IMG/VR virus record: IMGVR_UViG_3300030099_002495 | Origin: an uncultured virus (IMG/VR IMGVR_UViG_3300030099_002495) | Lineage: Duplodnaviria > Heunggongvirae > Uroviricota > Caudoviricetes | Length of the DNA: 25,214 bases | Direction: 5' to 3' (one strand) | In this document: positions 1-8,300 of the stretch, piece after piece | Layout: every line of letters starts with the position of its first letter | Position numbering within the stretch: position 1 is the first letter of the stretch | Translations under genes and position numbers: made by a program | The notes under the pieces: model-generated | Seen by the model: only the letters and a program-made list of their open reading frames with translations | Database searches by the model: none | Told to the model about the DNA's origin: nothing

Positions 1-3000
1 GATTTAAGTGGAGTAGCTTGGACTTTAACAGTAGATATTGCTGTTGGTATTAATAATTTTTCAATTACTCTAAATGGAACTGGAGGAAACCCAGTAAGTA
101 GATTACGAGATACTTTAACTACTTACGATCCAACTAACCAGTGGTTTTTTAATGGAGGACCTTTGGGTGATGTACCATCTAATAAAGCAGATGGTGGAGA
201 TGGATTTTATTGGATTTTTGATGCATCATCAAACAGATTAGTTATTTGGGGCAAACCAGAAGATGCAAACTTTGAAGAGTATACTGCAACAGGTTTTGAT
301 TTTGAAGTAAATCAAGTAACTAGTATTGTTGCTAATGGAACTCTAGGAGGTAATCCAGTTAATTATATTATAAAGACTAATTTAGCATCAGCTCAAACAG
401 CTTTAAGTATTATTGGTTATACTCCTTTAAGAGATTATATATATTTATACACTACTAATATAGAAGGAGAACCAGGAGGTCCTGGTCAAATATGGAAACT
501 ATATGTAAGACCTTCTATAAATAGTACTGCAGGAATTAGATCATATATTGAATGTGTATATGCTAGAGGTGAATGTATGGGATTTACGAAAGAACATCCT
601 ATTGAAGCTATTGGTAGATATGAAAAGAAAGATATACAGGGTGTATATTGGACAGACAACTATAACCCTCCTAGAAAACTAAATGTAGCAAGTGGTTTTA
701 CAATGGCTACCCCTTGTCCTTTTTTAGACTTAGCGCCTAAAACTGGATTCTCTTTACCTACATTAGATCGTATAAACATAGGAGGAAACTTAGCTGCTGG
801 ATTATATCAACTAACTTATAGATATAAAAGTAGTGAGGGTCTAGTAACAGAATGGTCACCACTATCTAAATTAGTACCTATATATGAATCATTAGATACA
901 GATCCATATTGTGAGATTGAAGGAACTCCTTATGATATGGCTACTCAGACAGGTACTATTACAAATAAAAGAATAAATTGGAATCTAGTAGGACTAGATA
1001 CTTCTTTTGAATTAATTGAACTTGCGTATGTATATAAGAAAGATAATATACCAGGTAATGATGAAATGAATATATTTGCTGAATTGATTAATGGATCTAT
1101 TAATCTTACAGTAAGTTTAACAGGTAACGAAGTACTTATACCTTTTTCTATACAAGATTTTTTAACTGGTATAGGTGCGACATTTGAGAGAGTTAAAACT
1201 CTCGAATCAAAAGATAATAAATTATTCTTTGGTAATATAGAGAATACAACTTTCTTTGTAGACTTTGATGCAAGAGCTTATAGATATAATAATGCTTCTG
1301 TAGCTAGAATAGAATCTGTATCAGAATCAACTCTTATTCTAGATCCAACTCTTGCTGCGGCAGGTAGTATTTTACCATCTTCTGTACCTGAGTCACATGA
1401 TGCAATTAATCCTTATAACGATGAAAATCCAGATACAAATCCAAACTGGTTTACTAATGATCAGTATGTATTTCAGGAAGACGGATTAACACTAGGAGGT
1501 CAAGGAGTAAATGTTTCTTATAGATTTATAATTGAACAAGATGTAGGAGATACACAATTAGATTCTACAGACACAGTAAATTTATTTGGTTTTATTTATA
1601 CTAGTAATGTATGTGGATATACAAATATTAATCCTACTACTTCTTGTTTTGTTAACCCTTCTAACTTTGGGGCAACAAATGCAACTACTAATAATATAAT
1701 AAATTTAGGAGTTGTTGATCAGGATTATCCTATGAATAATACATATGATAATATGAAGTCTCCATACAAGTGGAGTGTTTATGGTAACTATGCAAGAGGA
1801 GAAACTTATAGATTTGGTATTGTATTTTACAATAACAAAGGACAAGCTAGTTTTGTTAACTGGATTGGTGATATAAAAATGCCATATAATTATAGCAGTG
1901 GATTAGGACAGCCTCTTGGTACATTTGCTACTTCAAGTTTTGTACCAGATATAAATAGTCCTACCTATTCTCAAATTATAGATGGAAATGGAAATACAAG
2001 TTTTTATCAACCAGAAGGGCAAATCTTTTTAAACCAGATAGGATTAGAATTTACTGTAGATTTATCAGGTATACCTACAGAAGTTTCATCACAATTAACT
2101 GGTTATTCTATTGTAAGAGTAGATAGAAAGGAAGTAGACAAATCTAGATTAGGTACTACATTAGTACATACTGTTGATAGGCTAGATATGAGAGGTAGTA
2201 GATGGAATAATTTAGTACCTCAGCCTGGATATGCTTGGGGAGTAGATAATCAACAAAGTGTCTTAATACCTTCAGTAGGATATTGTTTTGGGCCTTGTGG
2301 AGGAATGGGTCTAGCTTATGCAGATGGAGCAACAGGAGATCAATGCGATCTGCCTTGTTGGAATGGAGGAAATGCTTGTGTAGGTACGAACAATAATGAC
2401 ACTGTTCCTTATCATGTATGTACAGTAAGAAAAACAGAGTTGCTATTGTATGGACCACTAGGATGGCACAATAGTGATGCAACAAATGAAAAGAATTTAA
2501 ATACTGGATTAGAAGTAGACGATCCTATTAAGAGAGGAGATTATTTAAAAATAGATCAAGTCTTTGTACCTCAAGGTAATTACGGTATGGGTATGATTGA
2601 TTGGCTTTTACCTGATAATGGTGCAGCTATAGGTGCATACAATCTAAGACCTAATCATTACTATAAATACTACAATGGAGTAACAATGGGTAATGGTATA
2701 GCTGGATCTAACCAAACAACTCAAATAGATTATACAAATGGAATAATTAGTAATCTTAATGGACAAGATCCAGCAAATAATAGATATACACTTAAGTGGG
2801 GTACATGGGTACCTGATGGAGGATTTATAGCAGATACAGCAAATACAGATTTACAGTGGTCATTTATGAATGTTACTAACCCAGGATGGCAGTGGTTTCC
2901 TGATTTATTTGATCAAACCGGTAATGCATCTTGTAATCCTACAACACTAGCTATGACTTGGATATGGAATAGACCTATGTCTATTGGTAGTGAAGTTATA

Positions 3001-5286
3001 TTTGTATTATTTGATGAAGATGTAAGAACATGGAATGGTGCAGACCATTTAATGGGAGCATCTACAGATGCTGCAGAATTTCAATATGTACCTTATAGAA
3101 GTACATTTAGTTATGAAAGATATGTAATACCTTATGGAGGTCCTACTTACGGAGCAAGATCATATAGTGAATATATATCTACAGGTCATTTTGTACCTAT
3201 TCTTAGTAGTACAAATTTAGCTACTCCTATGACTACACAGGTATGGGGAGGAGATGTTCAATGTCAGTTATTTGATTTTACACAGTTTGAAAAGAATTGG
3301 GGACAAACAGGATTTGATAATTATGACAGTATTGATGCTAATACAGGTAATGCTTTTGTTAGAGATAATACATACGGAATGCAAAGAAACTGTGTAGTTC
3401 CTTTAGAAGTACATTTAAGAAATGTATTATGGAGACATGGCTATCATTTTAATTCTAAGGAAACTATTAGTGGTAGATTACCAGACAATGGTACAATGCT
3501 ACATGATGAGTATTTACTTAACTCATCTTACAATGCTAAAAACGATGTAAGAAATTATTTCCCATTACCTATTACATTTTCTTTTGGTGATGAGTTTGAT
3601 ACAAGAATATATTATTCAGAGACTAAAGTAAATGGTGAAACTAGTGATAGTTGGTCTGTATTTTTAGTAAACAATTATAAAGATGTTGAAGGTGTATATG
3701 GCCCTTTGAATAAGTTAACTAGGCTTCATGATAATTTATACTACTTCCAGGATACAGGGTTTGGAGCACTATCTGTGAATCCAACAGCAGTAGTACAAGC
3801 AGCAGATGGTACATCATTACAGTTAGGAACTGTAAGTTCTGGCGCTGGAGCATTTATACAATCTTATCAATACATATCAACTAAGTATGGATCAAGTCAA
3901 CAGTGGGCTGTAACAAATTCTGATAATGCATTATATTTCTTTGATATAAAAGCAAGAAAGATGTTTAGCTATTCTTCACAGGGTACTGCTCCTCTTACTG
4001 ATATTACTGGCTTACACTCACAGTTTACAGAACAATTAATGGGAGATGTATTAGATAATGATAATCCTATTATGAAAAAAGGAGTTACTTCTACATATGA
4101 TCATATGAATAATGAAGCTATATTCACATTCCATGATAGTGGTTTTGTTAAGAAATATAATCAAGCTATAATAGAAACAACTGTACTTAATCCTGCTCCT
4201 AATAGGATATTCCAAATGATTATAAGAAATGTACCAGACTGTAATGATTGTTTTAAAGCAGATTGTGAAAGTTTTGATTTTGGTGTACAGTCAGAATGGG
4301 TAGTAGTAGATAATATATTAGTAAATGGAATAGGACCTTTCTTTGGTGTAATGGTAGGAAAAGTAGGATGTCCTGGCTTCCCTACACCTAATCCTAATCC
4401 TAATAATCTTATTGCTGGAGATATAATGATATGGATAACGGAGGCTACTAATAGCTGGCCTGCAGGCATACAACCTGATAATGTACGCTTTGATGATCTT
4501 ATAAATATTCAAGATCCTCAAGTTGCTAATGTAGAATGCGGTATAGCAAAAAGTAGTTTTACTATAGCTTATAATGAGCTCATTAAAGGATTTACTTCTT
4601 TTTATGATTTTCATCCTACAATTTATGTAAGTAGTCCAGAGTTTTTAATTACACCTAGTACTCAGCAAGAATGTGACCAAGATCCTGATGTATCTGGATG
4701 GAAAGAAAATAAATTATATTTACATGGCTATGGTTCTTATGGTAGATTTTACGATGTTATATACCCAAGTAGTGTAACGTTTGTTTCTAATTTAGAGTCA
4801 GCAGCAACTAAAGTATTTGATAATGTATCTTATCACATGGAGAGTTTGTGGGAAGTGGGAAGAATGGATAGATTTTTTCAGAACCCAGCAAACAATCATC
4901 AAAGTACTTCTACAGGAATGCATGGGGGTCAACCTAATGTACCTGCTCGAGATATGGCAAACAACACATTTGATCAGATTAGATTTTATACAGATTATCA
5001 AATAACAGACTATATAGATTTAGTACCAGGAGATAATGTAAAGAAAAAAGAAAGAGAATGGCAAATGGCTGTTCCAAGGAATGTAATGAGTGAGACTGTT
5101 ATAGATGGAGATATATTTAATCCATTTAATTATGATCCTTCTAGACAGCATAAAGATAGACTTAGAGATAAGTATATGTTTATTGATTTAATATATAATA
5201 ATTATAACACAGATGTAGGACAACCTAGAAATATAAAGTTTGTATTACATTACTTTAAAACATTTTTTAGACCTTCTTATCGTTAG
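1..5286 (+). CDS. Tail stabilisation / muzzle protein (P22 gp10-like, crAss type), 5'-partial, at least 1761 aa
   Basis: Frame 1 is open from base 1 (GAT TTA AGT GGA...), so the TTG at 163 is probably not the real start. The ORF ends with TAG at 5284-5286. Recognisable family blocks: YWTDNYNPPRKLN, KTLESKDNKLFFGN, YARGETYRFGIVFYNNKGQASFVNWIGDIKMP, GYSIVRVDR, YGGPTYGARSYSEYISTG, FDTRIYYSETKVNGETSDSW, YNELIKGFTSFYDF, KVFDN, RLRDKY. Confidence 0.85.
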   Translation, partial: DLSGVAWTLTVDIAVGINNFSITLNGTGGNPVSRLRDTLTTYDPTNQWFFNGGPLGDVPSNKADGGDGFYWIFDASSNRLVIWGKPEDANFEEYTATGFDFEVNQVTSIVANGTLGGNPVNYIIKTNLASAQTALSIIGYTPLRDYIYLYTTNIEGEPGGPGQIWKLYVRPSINSTAGIRSYIECVYARGECMGFTKEHPIEAIGRYEKKDIQGVYWTDNYNPPRKLNVASGFTMATPCPFLDLAPKTGFSLPTLDRINIGGNLAAGLYQLTYRYKSSEGLVTEWSPLSKLVPIYESLDTDPYCEIEGTPYDMATQTGTITNKRINWNLVGLDTSFELIELAYVYKKDNIPGNDEMNIFAELINGSINLTVSLTGNEVLIPFSIQDFLTGIGATFERVKTLESKDNKLFFGNIENTTFFVDFDARAYRYNNASVARIESVSESTLILDPTLAAAGSILPSSVPESHDAINPYNDENPDTNPNWFTNDQYVFQEDGLTLGGQGVNVSYRFIIEQDVGDTQLDSTDTVNLFGFIYTSNVCGYTNINPTTSCFVNPSNFGATNATTNNIINLGVVDQDYPMNNTYDNMKSPYKWSVYGNYARGETYRFGIVFYNNKGQASFVNWIGDIKMPYNYSSGLGQPLGTFATSSFVPDINSPTYSQIIDGNGNTSFYQPEGQIFLNQIGLEFTVDLSGIPTEVSSQLTGYSIVRVDRKEVDKSRLGTTLVHTVDRLDMRGSRWNNLVPQPGYAWGVDNQQSVLIPSVGYCFGPCGGMGLAYADGATGDQCDLPCWNGGNACVGTNNNDTVPYHVCTVRKTELLLYGPLGWHNSDATNEKNLNTGLEVDDPIKRGDYLKIDQVFVPQGNYGMGMIDWLLPDNGAAIGAYNLRPNHYYKYYNGVTMGNGIAGSNQTTQIDYTNGIISNLNGQDPANNRYTLKWGTWVPDGGFIADTANTDLQWSFMNVTNPGWQWFPDLFDQTGNASCNPTTLAMTWIWNRPMSIGSEVIFVLFDEDVRTWNGADHLMGASTDAAEFQYVPYRSTFSYERYVIPYGGPTYGARSYSEYISTGHFVPILSSTNLATPMTTQVWGGDVQCQLFDFTQFEKNWGQTGFDNYDSIDANTGNAFVRDNTYGMQRNCVVPLEVHLRNVLWRHGYHFNSKETISGRLPDNGTMLHDEYLLNSSYNAKNDVRNYFPLPITFSFGDEFDTRIYYSETKVNGETSDSWSVFLVNNYKDVEGVYGPLNKLTRLHDNLYYFQDTGFGALSVNPTAVVQAADGTSLQLGTVSSGAGAFIQSYQYISTKYGSSQQWAVTNSDNALYFFDIKARKMFSYSSQGTAPLTDITGLHSQFTEQLMGDVLDNDNPIMKKGVTSTYDHMNNEAIFTFHDSGFVKKYNQAIIETTVLNPAPNRIFQMIIRNVPDCNDCFKADCESFDFGVQSEWVVVDNILVNGIGPFFGVMVGKVGCPGFPTPNPNPNNLIAGDIMIWITEATNSWPAGIQPDNVRFDDLINIQDPQVANVECGIAKSSFTIAYNELIKGFTSFYDFHPTIYVSSPEFLITPSTQQECDQDPDVSGWKENKLYLHGYGSYGRFYDVIYPSSVTFVSNLESAATKVFDNVSYHMESLWEVGRMDRFFQNPANNHQSTSTGMHGGQPNVPARDMANNTFDQIRFYTDYQITDYIDLVPGDNVKKKEREWQMAVPRNVMSETVIDGDIFNPFNYDPSRQHKDRLRDKYMFIDLIYNNYNTDVGQPRNIKFVLHYFKTFFRPSYR
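4387..4404 (+). repeat. (CCTAAT)3 coding microsatellite encoding PNPNPN
   Basis: Read directly from the sequence; it lies within an insertion-like region of the muzzle gene. Confidence 0.8.
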
Positions 5287-5287
5287 A

Positions 5288-5319
5288 TTTGGTTATTAAG
5301 AAATTTTTTAATATTTTTG
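5288..5319 (+). promoter_or_regulatory. Bacteroidota primary-sigma promoter (-33 TTTG / -7 TAnnTTTG)
   Basis: TTTG at 5288-5291, a 20-bp spacer, then TATTTTTG at 5312-5319. It sits in the only sizeable intergenic gap, 22 bp upstream of ATG 5342, and matches the established Bacteroides/Flavobacterium consensus and spacing. Confidence 0.75.
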
Positions 5320-5341
5320 TGGATTTTAGAACATATAGCTA

Positions 5342-8300
5342 ATGGCAAATAAGAAGAAGAAGAAAAAAGCGAGCAATTCATACTGGATGAAGTATGGAGG
5401 TAATCCTACCAAAATGGATAAATTCAGAGGCTTCATAGAAAAGAAACATTCTGGAGGTGAAGCAGGATTTCCACATCCACATCCACATCCTAAAAATGCG
5501 ACTGAGTTAGAATTATTAGGAGCTCATGCTTGGCAAACTTCTCATAATGAAGGAAAACGTATAAAAAAATCAGAGATTCATAAGTATAACTGGGGAATTC
5601 AAGATGAAGCTGTAGAAGCTTTCGCAAATTCTAATTGGTTTCTTCATTACCCAGATACTATTGCAGATGCACCTAAGACTGTAGAAGCGATGAATGCATA
5701 TACTGATGCCATTGATGCTGAAAGACAAAAGGTAATTAAATTACATAGTACAGATTTCTCTTGGGATGACTTCCTTTATGGTACAGGTTTTGCTGCAAAC
5801 AAACTTGGAAAAAGATTAATGGCAGCTCCAAATCCTTACGTAAAAGCTGGAGGAGCGTTAAGTTATTTATTAGGATGGGGGTTAACAGGTGGTAAAGGTT
5901 ATTATGATTTTGATAAAAGAGCAATGAATGAAAAGCTTAAGTTAGAAAATCCATATGCTACTTTTGTTAACGAGGATGGTGAAATAGTAAACTATGAAGA
6001 TGGAGAAGGTATGTTCTTTGATTTAATAGAATTTAAAAACATAAGACCTAAGCCACCTAAACAAAATTCTGAAGAAGATCCAGATGCTAATTATAAAACT
6101 CCTATTGATTATGGTATGGGAGGAATGGTCCCGTATAAAAAGTATGGTTATGGAGGTTATAATGAATATGGTTATGGAGGTACAAGGAAAAAGAAGAAAG
6201 AGTATGGACATGGGGGTTATCATGTATCATCTCAAAAAAACATTACGGAAGATCCTACATTTAAAATGTGGTTTGCAAAGAATGCAAGAAGATCTGATGT
6301 AATGCAAAGCTCTAGCGATCCGCAAGCTTTGAAACAACTCTTTTTAAGTGACATAAATTTCCCTGGTAATGAGATGCCATTATTCTCTGGTGAGATAGAT
6401 GGTTACGGAAACGTAGATAAATCAGGTAGGAGTCCTGAATTAAGTTCTAAAATTATAGGAGGTATGCAAATGTACGGAGGAACACCACATAAACGTCCTA
6501 AAGCAGAACTTGGAATGGCAGAGGGATTGTATACATCTCCAACAGATAACCTTAATGACTATAGTAATGTAACTGAAGTGCAACAAGACAAACATGGAAA
6601 CTGGCAACAGGGTGTAGGTAAAGTAGGTGATACTAATTTCTTAAAATATTTAAACTATGCAGTACCTGGCTTAGGAACAATTCTAGATATAGCAGCTGAT
6701 ACTATTGGTTATCATGGAGATAAAAAGAATTATAAAGAGGTTGTAAAAGCTAAAAATACAGCTAAAAATAAATTAAATACTGTTCTACGAGGTGAGAATA
6801 AAGACACACTAGATCTTAGTACAAGAACAGATGCGTTAACTGCTTTATCAGGAATGAGTCCAGAAGCACCTAGTTTTGAAAAAGACTTATTACCTGAAAT
6901 TGGTAGTAATGTACTTAGCTTTGCATCAAGTGCTATAGGAGGAGATACATTCTTAGGAGACTTTATGGGAGGTAAAGCGACTGATAGTCCTATAGACTTT
7001 AACAATATAGGAGCTGATGACTTACCAGGATTAGATCAATATGCAAAATATGGAGGAATGCCTGGCCTACATCAAATGGGTAAAGGAGGACGTCCAGGTT
7101 TATGGGCTAATATCCATGCTAAGAGAGCAAGAGGAGAAAGACCTGCGAGACCAGGAGAAAAAGGTTATCCCAAAACACTAGATATAAAAGCTATGGGAGG
7201 AGCAAACGATTTCCAACCGGGGGCAACTGCAGCTATGATTTCAGGACTGTTTAACCCAATGAGCCCAGAACATCAATTACAAGCTATGGGTAATCCTGGA
7301 CAATCTTATAACACAGGAGGAGACCCTAATGCAAATGTAGAGTATGAAGCAGAAGGAGGAGAAACAATTATGCATGCACCAGGTCAACCGCCTGCAACTA
7401 CAGGTGATTTAACTCCAATAGATGAGGGACCTAACAATGCAAACGATGCAATGCTAAGCATGCTAGATGGTAACTCACACCAGACTATGGACCCTGACGG
7501 CCATACAGGTGAGATAGTATCAGGAGAAGGACAACAATATGTATTCTCTGATAAACTAAGATCTAAGCAGTGGGGAATGACATTTGCTGAAGCGTCTGAA
7601 AAGATCGGTAAACATATTGCTAAGTTTAAAGAAGAGATGGAAAATGGAGATGAAATAACTAAGTCTACTGCTGGATCTATGATTGAAGCATGGAACCAAA
7701 AACTAATGGACTTACAAACTGAACAAGAGCAAGCTAGACAGCAAAAGTTTATAGACATGATGGAGTCAGGAGCTAGTCAAGAAGAATTGCAAGAAAAGTT
7801 CCCTGATATATTCCAACAGTATATGCAACAACAACAGTCACAACAATTATCTGAGTCTGCTATGCAAGCTATAGCAGGTCCTACAGGAGGTATGGCTGAC
7901 AACCCAATGGGTAATATTGATATGAGCCAGTTAAGTGCACAAGACCAACAATTAGTTGGGGCTATGTACGGCTTACCTGAGTATGATAATGGAGGCTTTA
8001 CACCGTTTGACTTTAATCAATATATTAGTGGTTTAGGACAAGATATGTTCTCTGGTCAAGCATTTACTTTAGATAAAGACTACATGCCTGATAGAAGAGA
8101 ATTAATGGATTTCCTTACAGCTAACTATCCAGATGGAGGATTTGAAATGGGTGACGATACATTTACTAATGCAAAAGATTATTACAAAGCATTAGTATCA
8201 GGTTTTGGTGATTGGAGAAGCGGACAATTAGAAAGTGGAGATATACCGACTAGTAAACCAAAAGCTATAGATTATAAAGAACTACAAACTATTCCTAATG

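Noticed and set aside
163..165. TTG start assigned to the first ORF by the track
   Set aside because: The frame is open and protein-like from base 1, so the real start is probably upstream of the window.
4817..5005. 62-aa plus-strand alternative-frame ORF in the muzzle gene
   Set aside because: It has no distinctive initiation context or codon anomaly and overlaps the conserved KVFDN region.
6110..6217. Short direct repeats considered as a CRISPR-like array or DGR repeat
   Set aside because: The repeats are only 15 bp with 9-21 bp spacers, stay in frame and vary at the codon level, which indicates a protein repeat. No cas or reverse transcriptase gene is present in the window.
6084..6302. 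72-aa +1-frame ORF rich in Met and Val
   Set aside because: It is explained as the frameshifted reading of the TAT-GGT (Tyr-Gly) repeats.
7814..7846. Gln-rich tract QQYMQQQQSQQ
   Set aside because: It is an ordinary low-complexity linker with no further structure.
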